Shown one piece after another: positions 30,852-38,919 of a stretch of 64,000 nt of DNA; position 1 is the stretch's first letter; each line of letters begins with the position of its first letter. The stretch is from an uncultured Bacilli bacterium. Lineage in GTDB: Bacteria; Bacillota_I; Bacilli_A; RFN20; CAG-826. The notes below the pieces were generated by a model, which saw only the letters and a program-made list of their open reading frames with translations, was not told the DNA's origin and ran no database searches. The translations under genes were made by a program, and so were the position numbers. The stretch spans positions 140 through 64,139 of the forward strand of contig CALVSB010000007.1 of assembly GCA_944358895.1 (NCBI GenBank). The letters are read 5' to 3'.

Positions 30852-31442
30852 ATGGACGACAACGTCAAAATCGTGCAAGCCCAAAGCGAGGTAACGGCTC
30901 TCCTCACCCGGGAGTTCATCGCCAACCGCAACCTGCTCCTTTACGGGGAGATCAACGAGCAGACAGCCAACGACATGCTGATGCTCCTCACCAAGATGAG
31001 CGCCGAGGACCCCTCGGCCCCGATCAACCTTTACATCAACTCGCCGGGCGGCGACGTCCAGGCCGGGCTCACCATCGTCGACGTCATGAACTCGCTCAAG
31101 TGCCCGGTCAACACCATCTGCTACTCCCTCGCGGCTTCGATGGCCGCGGTCATCCTCGCGGCCGGTGACAAGCGCTATGCCCTCAAGCACGCGACCATCA
31201 TGATCCACCAACCCCTCGTCGGGGCCCAAGGCTGGCTCAAGAACGACGACGTGAATGCCATGGCCGAGCGCTCGAACCGCATCCGGCGGACCATCGAGGA
31301 AATCCTGGCCGAATCGACCAAGGGCAAGACCAGTCTCGAAGCCATGCACGAAGCCTGCTCGCGCGACCATTTCCTCACCTCGGAAGAAGCCCTCGAAATG
31401 GGGCTCATCGACGAAATTCTCGGGCAAAACCCCAAGATTTGA
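30852..31442 (+). CDS. clpP: ClpP-family serine protease, divergent N-terminus
   Basis: 196 aa. LYINSPGGDV, SLAASMAAV (Ser), IMIHQPL (His), SRDHFLTSEEALEMGLIDEI (Asp). AAGGAGG SD upstream. Stop is contiguous with the next gene. Confidence 0.88.
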   Translation: MDDNVKIVQAQSEVTALLTREFIANRNLLLYGEINEQTANDMLMLLTKMSAEDPSAPINLYINSPGGDVQAGLTIVDVMNSLKCPVNTICYSLAASMAAVILAAGDKRYALKHATIMIHQPLVGAQGWLKNDDVNAMAERSNRIRRTIEEILAESTKGKTSLEAMHEACSRDHFLTSEEALEMGLIDEILGQNPKI

Positions 31443-31451
31443 TTGGATTTT

Positions 31452-34400
31452 ATGTCAGAATCCCTGCGCTTCGGACTCTTAGTAACGATCCTGGTCCTCG
31501 CCTCGGCCATCGTTTTCCTCTTCCTATTGGCCCTCGTCCTGGCCCTCGGAAGGAAGACGCGGAACCGCTTCTCGGCCTGGGCTTTCCTCACGGCCATCTT
31601 CGTCCTTTCCTGTTTCAGTTACGGCTTTTTGAACTACGTCGTAACCAGTGGTTCCTCGCCTTGGGAGAGCGTCTTCCAAGGCTTTTACCGCGGGGCTTCG
31701 GCCTTTGCTCTTCAAAATAGCCCCGACATCTTCGAGGGAGCCGCGCCCGAAGGCTCGAGTCCCATCCTCTTCGATTTGGCTTTGGCCGCGAAGATTCTCC
31801 TCCTCTATGTCGGATCCCCGGTTCAGCTCGCCTCCCTCTCCCTTTCCCTCATCAGCACTTTCTACCGCCGCTTCCGGGCCTCGTTCGACAATGCAATCGC
31901 TTGGCTTAGGGGGTGGGGAAGACGCCTCCACTTCCATCCGGAAAAGCGCCGGCCCTACAAGACCGTCGTCTATACCGACCTGCCCTACCGCGACATCGAG
32001 TACTTCCTCCGCTCGCTCAAGAAGGACAAGGAGATGATCCTCCATGTCGTCGTGCCGCGTTCGGCCGAGGCGACGGGGGAAGGCGAGGAACTCGCTTCCA
32101 TCCTGAAGCTCAACGAATATGCCGTCTACGAGGACTACCTCGACGACTTTTCGAGTTTCAAGCTCCACCTCCGTTCCGGCCTCGTCCGCGGACGCATCAA
32201 TTTCTATTCCCTCTTCCGGGAAGACGTCGACAACCTCAAGTTCGCCAAACTGGCTCTCGCCTATTGCGAAGACCTCGAAAGGCGGGCCAAGCGGAAGAAA
32301 CTCCGCCTTTTCCTCCGGAGAATCGGCCTCAAGGTGAAAGACGCTCGTACCATCGTCGACCGGCACCTCGTTCGCTTCTACGTTTCCTTTCAGGACGAGA
32401 AGTTCAACGCCAAGCTCGACTTCATGAAAGGAAGCAAGGGGGCCATCAAGCTGGTCAACGAGTACAGCTGGGCCGCGACGAAATTCGTCTACAAGAATCC
32501 GCTCAACCGGCTGCTCGACTTCAACCTTCCTTCCGATGCGGACGGCGAGCTCGCGGCCAGGCGGCTCCGCGGGGAAGGGGTCAGCGACCTCCATGTCTAC
32601 CTCCTTGGCTTCGGCCATATCGGGCAAGCCCTTCTCGACCGGATGTTCCCCTCCTACCAGTTTGCCCTGCCTATGGGAAGCAAAGGCCAAGGAAGCCTCC
32701 TTCCTTCGGGTCTCCCGCCCCAAAAGGTCCGCTACCACATTTACGACGAGGACGCCGACGAGAAGCTGAAGGAATATCTTTCCCGCTATCCCTCCTTCTA
32801 TGAGGCCAACTACGAGCCGGGGAGCAACTATTTCGAGCGCCCCTTCATCGACGGGAAAAAGGAGAAGCTCCCTTTCTCGCCCCACCGGGTCAAACTCGAT
32901 AGCGAGGCCACCTACGCTTCGGTGGCCAAAGACATCGCGGATGCTCTTTCTTCAAGGCAGGCCATGGAAGCGGGCCAGCTCCCGAACCAAGCCATCGTCA
33001 TCGTCTCCCTCGGGAATAGCGAAGCCAACATCTCGGCCGCCCTTTCCCTCCGGAAAGCCTTCCGGCGGGCGATGGCCGTCAAGAACAGGGGCTTCGGGGA
33101 ATGGGGAAAGCGGAAGGCTCTCGTCATCTATCCCTACGTCAAGGAAAACGATGCCTACCGTCCCGACGAACGCCTTTTCGCCTCCCTCATCACGATGAAG
33201 GCCAAGCTCGAAAGCGAAGCCATCTCCAAGAATCAAAAAGATGCCTTCAACGAAATGAACGCCCGCCTCTCGCCCTCGCTCAGCCGTTATTGCTATTCCG
33301 ACCTCTTCCTCCAGAAGAGCGAAAAAGAGGACAATCTTGCCAAAGTCGTCGCGGCCTACAAGAACCTCGAGCGCGATTCGCATTTCCACGAGCCTTTCTC
33401 CTTCTTCGACGATATCGTGAGGAGGAGAAATCCCAAGATCGCGGACATCATCGAGGAGCGGCGCCTCTTCGTCTTCAACCTCGATAGCGGCGATGCCTCC
33501 GATGCTGTCTCCTACCTCCGTCCCCATCTCAACGTCGCCTCCTCCCTCCTAGGCGTACCCCTTTCACCCTACGTACGGAAGCTCAAGCGCTTCTACAAGA
33601 AGGAAAGCCGCTGGGCCGCGGAGGCCTTCAAAGGCCACGAAGTTACGGCCGAAGGGCGGCGCTTCCTCTCCCTCAAGGCCGCCCGGGCCAAGCAAAGCCC
33701 GGCTCGCCTCGCTTCCCTCTCCTACCGCGAGCTGAGCGCCTACCTCTGGGCCAACGAGGACGTGCCTCTCGTGACCTTTGGGCGGGGCGGCTATCTCTAT
33801 GACGTCTTCGCCGATCGCCTCGGCGAGCTCGGGGCCCTCACCAATTGGTCCTATTCCCACCCCATCGCTTCCCCGAGCACCATCAACGGCTCGCCCCTCA
33901 TGGCCGGCTTTGCCGCCCCCGAGGCAAAGGGAGGGGGCGCCAAGGAAAAAGCCCGCCTTCTCAAGAAGGAGCGGGAGGCCATGAACGAGGAGTTCGACCG
34001 CTCGGGATATCTCGCCCAGCGGGACAACGTCGAACCGGTCCTCGCCCTCCCCTACAAGCTTTTCTTCCTCGGCTACCGCCTCTCTTTCGGAACGAAGAAG
34101 GAGCGGCGCCACACGGCCATCTCGCCGCTCGCCCAAGGAAAGAGACTCCGCAACGAAAAGCGCGATCCCTCAAGCGTCATTAATGACCTTCTCCTTTCCT
34201 CGGCCTTCCGGCCCGAGGCTGAGTCGCTTATCAGCGAAGATGAACTTAAGTCCCTTCAGGACCTTCTTGCTCGCATTGAGTCTAGCGGCTATGCCGCTTG
34301 GCGAAAGACCGGGGACAATGCCTCCTCGGTCAAGGAAGCGGTCCTCCAAGCCTTCATGGCGATCTATGGGGACATTCTGCCGCGGACCCGTCCCCTCGGG

Positions 34401-35216
34401 GCGGCCTTGGCTTCCTACGAGCATAACCGCTGGGTCATCCAAAAAGCCCGGGATGGTTTCTTCCCGATCCGGAAAGAAGAACTAGGGAAACGAGCTTATG
34501 ATGGCGGTTCCCTCAAAAACAAGCTGAGTCAGGCCCATAACTGCGTCGCCACCTCGCTCGGCCTCTACCAAATGGCTTTCGAGGCCATGTCGGCCGTCAT
34601 GGACAAGGAGACCGAAGACCTCTCCGGGATTTCCAAGGATAAAGTCTTCCCTTGGGAAGAGGACATTGCCGGCTTCCTTTTGCCGGGCGGCTCTTCGAAG
34701 GCCTACGACCCCCGCTTTGACGAAGGCGAGCGCTTCGCCCTTTACCGCGTCCTCCTGGCCTTCGAGCTCTCCGCCAAACTGGGGCACAAAGGCCAAGAAA
34801 GGATGGAAAATTTCCGAAAACGCGTGCAAAACGCCATCGGAAAGGACGAAAAAGACGTCTATCCCATCTTCAAAGCCTGCATCAAGGAGGAACTCGATCG
34901 TCCTTCCTTCCTCCTAGCGGCCATCCTCCTCGCCGTTTCCGACGGCTCGCACGGAACCCCCTTCGGCATGGCCAAGACGACCTTCCATAACGACCTGGCG
35001 ACCTTGGTGGAAATCGACGACCGCCTGACGACCCTCGGGGGTGATCCCATCGACATCTTCCTCGAGCGGCGCCATCCTGACCTTTATCGGGCTTCCGGCA
35101 CCCTGGCCGGCCTCTTCGCTGCCACCTACAACCACACCCATTTCGAGTGGCGGGCCGAGGTCGACAAGAGCGGAGAAGACGGCCAACTGTCAATCGACGA
35201 AGGAAGGGACAAATAG
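31452..35216 (+). CDS. 1255-aa membrane protein with Rossmann (TrkA-N/RCK-like) domain and RyR-like C-terminal region
   Basis: N-terminal 3-4 TM helices (LLVTILVLASAIVFLFLLALVLAL...). LHVYLLGFGHIGQALLDRM...YHIYDED forms GxGxxG plus an acidic beta2 end. AIVIVSLGNSEANISAAL is present. SYEHNRWVIQKARDGFFP (nt ~34410-34470) is RyR-like. TTG 31443 is an alternative start. Confidence 0.8.
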   Translation: MSESLRFGLLVTILVLASAIVFLFLLALVLALGRKTRNRFSAWAFLTAIFVLSCFSYGFLNYVVTSGSSPWESVFQGFYRGASAFALQNSPDIFEGAAPEGSSPILFDLALAAKILLLYVGSPVQLASLSLSLISTFYRRFRASFDNAIAWLRGWGRRLHFHPEKRRPYKTVVYTDLPYRDIEYFLRSLKKDKEMILHVVVPRSAEATGEGEELASILKLNEYAVYEDYLDDFSSFKLHLRSGLVRGRINFYSLFREDVDNLKFAKLALAYCEDLERRAKRKKLRLFLRRIGLKVKDARTIVDRHLVRFYVSFQDEKFNAKLDFMKGSKGAIKLVNEYSWAATKFVYKNPLNRLLDFNLPSDADGELAARRLRGEGVSDLHVYLLGFGHIGQALLDRMFPSYQFALPMGSKGQGSLLPSGLPPQKVRYHIYDEDADEKLKEYLSRYPSFYEANYEPGSNYFERPFIDGKKEKLPFSPHRVKLDSEATYASVAKDIADALSSRQAMEAGQLPNQAIVIVSLGNSEANISAALSLRKAFRRAMAVKNRGFGEWGKRKALVIYPYVKENDAYRPDERLFASLITMKAKLESEAISKNQKDAFNEMNARLSPSLSRYCYSDLFLQKSEKEDNLAKVVAAYKNLERDSHFHEPFSFFDDIVRRRNPKIADIIEERRLFVFNLDSGDASDAVSYLRPHLNVASSLLGVPLSPYVRKLKRFYKKESRWAAEAFKGHEVTAEGRRFLSLKAARAKQSPARLASLSYRELSAYLWANEDVPLVTFGRGGYLYDVFADRLGELGALTNWSYSHPIASPSTINGSPLMAGFAAPEAKGGGAKEKARLLKKEREAMNEEFDRSGYLAQRDNVEPVLALPYKLFFLGYRLSFGTKKERRHTAISPLAQGKRLRNEKRDPSSVINDLLLSSAFRPEAESLISEDELKSLQDLLARIESSGYAAWRKTGDNASSVKEAVLQAFMAIYGDILPRTRPLGAALASYEHNRWVIQKARDGFFPIRKEELGKRAYDGGSLKNKLSQAHNCVATSLGLYQMAFEAMSAVMDKETEDLSGISKDKVFPWEEDIAGFLLPGGSSKAYDPRFDEGERFALYRVLLAFELSAKLGHKGQERMENFRKRVQNAIGKDEKDVYPIFKACIKEELDRPSFLLAAILLAVSDGSHGTPFGMAKTTFHNDLATLVEIDDRLTTLGGDPIDIFLERRHPDLYRASGTLAGLFAATYNHTHFEWRAEVDKSGEDGQLSIDEGRDK

Positions 35217-35240
35217 ATTTTCGCGGCCGCGCGGACCGCT

Positions 35241-35258
35241 ATAATCGAGACGAAGGAG
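35241..35258 (+). promoter_or_regulatory. internal -10 box plus SD for the fifth cassette gene
   Basis: TATAAT (35241-35246), then AAGGAG (35253-35258) 8 nt before ATG 35267. Confidence 0.35.
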
Positions 35259-35266
35259 ACTTGCCC

Positions 35267-36220
35267 ATGAACCAAAGCCAAGCCCGTGCCGATTCCTTCC
35301 TTTTCGCCCTCCTCGACCTCCAAGCCGACGGGGCTTTCCAAGACGGCGTTTCCCTTGTCGGATTTCCTGACGAGGAGCCGGAGACCTTCATTGCCTTTTT
35401 GCAGGATCTGGCCTGCTGCTCTTTCTTCTCGAAAGGGACATCTTCTATCGATGTCGTCCTCAAGAAAGAGGGGCAAGGCAAGAGCCAGATTGAGGAGACG
35501 TTCAATAAATTTGTTCCTTTTCTTAAGAGCGAAGGCCTCGACATTGCCGTCCGCTTTCTTAAGGAAGGGGCACCCGCTTCTTCCAAACGCGTGGCCATTG
35601 TCTATGCAGCGGATGAAGATATCGCCCGCGGCAGAGTGACCAGCATCCTCATGCCGGGGAATTTCCCCTTGCCTAAGAAGGCCCATGTCGAAAAAGAATA
35701 CGGATTCCGCCTCGGCCATGCCGAGGCCTGGCTCGATAAGTCCTTCGACGGGAAGGCTATCGCTTTCCCGGGCGAGATTCGCCTTGCTCCCCGCCCTTTT
35801 GAACGAAAGGAGAAAGGCTGGCAAAAAGCCTATTCGGCTCTTTTCGCCTACTACGTGGAAGGCTATTTGAAAAACGAAGACGTCCTCACAGAAGCCAACA
35901 CTTGGTTTTCCTATTTCCAAGGCAAGGCGCCGGAGGAACGTTACGAGCTCATCAAGGCGACCTATCGGCGAAAGGCCGGAAGCCCGATCGAAGCGGCTCT
36001 CCATGACCTGGCCGCGGAGGAGCACCGCCGCTGGGAACTAAGGACCTTGGTCTATGCTGATCCGGAGGTCATCGCCGACAAGGCAAGAAAAGGCATGATG
36101 GTCGGCTTCGAACGCTTGGTCGATGCCTATCTATCGTCCCCGTCTTCGCGCGACATCATTGTTTACGACTACCTCGACGTCCTCGCGGCCTTCGATTTCC
36201 TCTTCGGCGACCGCTTCTAA
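35267..36220 (+). CDS. hypothetical cytoplasmic protein with RyR-like EHxRW motif
   Basis: 317 aa from MNQSQARADS. C-terminal LAAEEHRRWELRTL echoes the YEHNRW motif of the upstream giant. The track start (35147) would overlap the previous gene by 70 nt and lacks an RBS. Confidence 0.65.
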   Translation: MNQSQARADSFLFALLDLQADGAFQDGVSLVGFPDEEPETFIAFLQDLACCSFFSKGTSSIDVVLKKEGQGKSQIEETFNKFVPFLKSEGLDIAVRFLKEGAPASSKRVAIVYAADEDIARGRVTSILMPGNFPLPKKAHVEKEYGFRLGHAEAWLDKSFDGKAIAFPGEIRLAPRPFERKEKGWQKAYSALFAYYVEGYLKNEDVLTEANTWFSYFQGKAPEERYELIKATYRRKAGSPIEAALHDLAAEEHRRWELRTLVYADPEVIADKARKGMMVGFERLVDAYLSSPSSRDIIVYDYLDVLAAFDFLFGDRF

Positions 36221-36245
36221 GGTTAACCTTCGCTTGCCGAAAGCC

Positions 36246-36251
36246 TACAAT
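36246..36251 (+). promoter_or_regulatory. -10 box of the HAD gene (leaderless candidate)
   Basis: TACAAT (36246-36251), 7 nt before ATG 36259 with no SD. A weak -35 TTAACC lies 17 nt upstream. Confidence 0.35.
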
Positions 36252-36258
36252 CCTATCG

Positions 36259-36900
36259 ATGAAAAAAGCAGCCTTCATTGATTTGGACGGAACGATCTTC
36301 GACAGTGAGCGCGTCTATCAGCGTTTCTGGAAAGAAGCGATTGCCGGAGCCGGGTTCGACCCCTTTTTCTGCGATACCCTCAAACATCGAAGTGCCGACC
36401 GCGCCTTAGCCACGAGCTATCTTCGCTCGATCTACGGGCCGGGCATCGACGTCGAGCTCGTCCGAAAGCTTCGGGACGAAGGGATGAAAGAGTGGCTGGA
36501 GGAAAACCGCTACGAGGTGAAGCCCGGGGTCATCCAAGGCCTCGTCTACCTTCGCTCAAAGGGAATCAAGCCCTACATCGTGACGGCTACCCCCAAGGAA
36601 AAGGCCGTGAAGACCCTTTCGGAATATGGCCTCCTTTCCTATTTCGAAGATGTCATCTCGGCCAAGGATGTCGCGCACGGAAAGCCGGCTCCCGATTGTT
36701 ATCTAAAGGCCATCGCCGAGGCGAAAGTAACGCCCGAGGAAGGCCTTGCCATCGAAGACGCTCCCAACGGGATCGAGGCTGCGCTCGCCGCCGGGCTCGA
36801 CACCTACATGGTTCCCGACTTGAGCGAACCCGACGAAGCGATGAAAGCCCGCCTCAAGGGCGTTCTTCGCAACTTCAACGAAATTCGCCGCTATTTGTAG
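36259..36900 (+). CDS. HAD-IA family hydrolase (beta-phosphoglucomutase/phosphatase-like)
   Basis: FIDLDGTIFDSE (motif I), VTAT (motif II), K...EDAPNGIEAALAAG (motifs III/IV). Confidence 0.85.
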   Translation: MKKAAFIDLDGTIFDSERVYQRFWKEAIAGAGFDPFFCDTLKHRSADRALATSYLRSIYGPGIDVELVRKLRDEGMKEWLEENRYEVKPGVIQGLVYLRSKGIKPYIVTATPKEKAVKTLSEYGLLSYFEDVISAKDVAHGKPAPDCYLKAIAEAKVTPEEGLAIEDAPNGIEAALAAGLDTYMVPDLSEPDEAMKARLKGVLRNFNEIRRYL

Positions 36901-36960
36901 ACGCAAGGCCGCAACTATCGCTCGATTTGCCTCTATTAGACGGGCTGTCCATGTTATCCT

Positions 36961-37734
36961 ATGCCCATGGAAACCTGTCTCAATGCATCGCACCTCATCA
37001 AGCGTTTCCCCCTAAGCAAGAAACAAGCCAAGGAACGAAACACGTCCAGCCGTTTTCTCACGGCCGTCGACGATGTTTCCTTTCAGGTTGGGCGCGGGGA
37101 GATTTACGCCCTTCTCGGGCCTAACGGAGCTGGCAAGACGACCTGCCTCCGCATGATTGCCGGGCTCATTTCCCCGACGAGCGGAACCATCGAAATCGAC
37201 GGCAAAACCCTAACTAAAAGCACGGATTCCCTTCGCGGCCGCATCGGCTTCCTTACCTCGGAGCTGAAGCTCGATCCCTTCTTCACGCCCAATTACACCT
37301 ATGCCTTTCTTTCGACCCTTTATGGCATCGAGGAGGAAGCCATGAAAAAGAAGCGGGATGCTCTTTTCGCCCGTTTCGGGATCGACAAGTTCGCCGAAAC
37401 GCGGATCTCGGAGCTTTCAACCGGCATGAAGCAGAAATGCTCGCTCGCGATGTCGATCGCCGGCGATCCGGAACTCATTGTCTACGACGAGCCGACCAAT
37501 GGCCTCGACATCGTGGCCTCCCGGGCCGTCGAGGACTTTTTGGCCGATGAAAAAGCCGCTGGGCGGGCCATCGTCATCTCGACCCACATCTTCTCGTTGG
37601 TCGAGAAGCTGGCCGACCGCGTCGGCTTCCTCATCGACGGCAAGATGGCCCTCGAAGGGGTCAAAGCGGAAATCGCTTCTGCTCACGGCAGCATCGAGGA
37701 AGCCTTCTTCGACGTCTACGGAGGTGAAAAATGA
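36961..37734 (+). CDS. ABC transporter ATP-binding protein
   Basis: Walker A GPNGAGKTT, signature LSTGMKQK, Walker B LIVYDEPTNGLD. Confidence 0.92.
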   Translation: MPMETCLNASHLIKRFPLSKKQAKERNTSSRFLTAVDDVSFQVGRGEIYALLGPNGAGKTTCLRMIAGLISPTSGTIEIDGKTLTKSTDSLRGRIGFLTSELKLDPFFTPNYTYAFLSTLYGIEEEAMKKKRDALFARFGIDKFAETRISELSTGMKQKCSLAMSIAGDPELIVYDEPTNGLDIVASRAVEDFLADEKAAGRAIVISTHIFSLVEKLADRVGFLIDGKMALEGVKAEIASAHGSIEEAFFDVYGGEK

Positions 37735-38897
37735 AACGGATCCTAGCCATCGTCAAAAAGGAGTTCCGCCGCTACTTCACCGATCCCCGGATGCTGGCGG
37801 CTCTCTTCCTTCCCGGCATTCTCATTTTCGTCCTCTATACCGTAATCGGGGAAATCGTGAAGGACGTCGTTGCCCCGAGCGTCGAGCCGACCTACTCCTA
37901 CCGCATTGCCTATAGCGACAATAGCGGCTCCCCCGCCCCGGCCATCCTCTCGGCCTTCGACGCCTATCTCGCCGGGACCGGCCACGAAGGGGAAACCGCC
38001 TATGTCACCTATGCCCCCGAGGCCATCGAGGAGCAATGGTCGCTCCTCGAAAAGGGCGACCTCGACCTCGTCATCCGCTTCTCCAACGACTTCGAGCTCG
38101 ATCTCGGGAAGCTCACGCCCAGCAAGCCGAACATCGACTTCTTCTACAACGCCTCCCGCTCGGAAAGCGAGACGGCCTACGGGGTCTTCACTTCCCTCGT
38201 GAGCATTTACGACGGCTATACGGTCAATGCCTCCGGCGAGGCGCCGAACGTCGGCGGCCAGTCCTTCGCGATGAACTCCCTCATGGCCTTCATCTTCCCG
38301 ATGGTCATCATTTCCCTCCTTTACTCGAGCTGCCTTTCCATCTGCCCGGAATCGATTGCCGGGGAAAAGGAACGCGGGACTTTGGCCTCGATTCTCGTCA
38401 CGCCGATCAAACCCTACGAGTTCGCGGCGGGAAAAGTCATATCCCTGACCGTCCTCTCCGTCCTCTCGGGCATCGTTTCGGCCCTCGGAACCATCGCCAG
38501 CATCCCGATGATGCTCAGCGGGTTCAGCATCAATCTCGGCCCCGCGGCCATCGTCGGCCTCTTCTTCTGCATCATCGCCATCCTTCTCATGATGGTTTCC
38601 CTGGCCAGCTTCGTCTCAGCCTTCGCCAAGTCGGTCAAGGAAGCCACCTCGTATCTCGGCCCCCTCTCGGCCGTCCTCATCATCCTGGCCATCCTGCCGA
38701 TGATGGTCGATCTCTCGCCTATCGGCTTTGCCTTCGTCCCCTTTATCAACGTCATCGGGTGCATGTCGAGCGTCTTCGTCACCCCGGTTCCCTTGGCCTA
38801 TTGGGTCATCTCCATCGTCGAATCCTTGCTCGTCTCGGCTTTCTTCGTCTATTTGACCGTCCGCATGTTCCGAAGCGAACGAGCCATGTTCGGCTAG
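37731..38897 (+). CDS. ABC-2 family permease
   Basis: 388 aa. N-terminal TM, large extracytoplasmic loop, then 5 C-terminal TM helices. 4-nt overlap with the ATPase gene. Confidence 0.8.
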   Translation: MKRILAIVKKEFRRYFTDPRMLAALFLPGILIFVLYTVIGEIVKDVVAPSVEPTYSYRIAYSDNSGSPAPAILSAFDAYLAGTGHEGETAYVTYAPEAIEEQWSLLEKGDLDLVIRFSNDFELDLGKLTPSKPNIDFFYNASRSESETAYGVFTSLVSIYDGYTVNASGEAPNVGGQSFAMNSLMAFIFPMVIISLLYSSCLSICPESIAGEKERGTLASILVTPIKPYEFAAGKVISLTVLSVLSGIVSALGTIASIPMMLSGFSINLGPAAIVGLFFCIIAILLMMVSLASFVSAFAKSVKEATSYLGPLSAVLIILAILPMMVDLSPIGFAFVPFINVIGCMSSVFVTPVPLAYWVISIVESLLVSAFFVYLTVRMFRSERAMFG

Positions 38898-38919
38898 AAT
38901 AAAGAAAAAGGAGACTTCC

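Noticed and set aside
29768-32885. Long minus-strand ORFs (29768-30931, 30831-31427, 31524-32885) inside the novel cassette.
   Set aside because: They are antisense to the T4CP-like, ClpP and TM-RyR-like genes, which carry clear family motifs and SDs. They are shadow frames.
35147-35266. Upstream extension of the fifth cassette gene.
   Set aside because: It would overlap the preceding gene by 70 nt and has no RBS. ATG 35267 has AAGGAG at optimal spacing.
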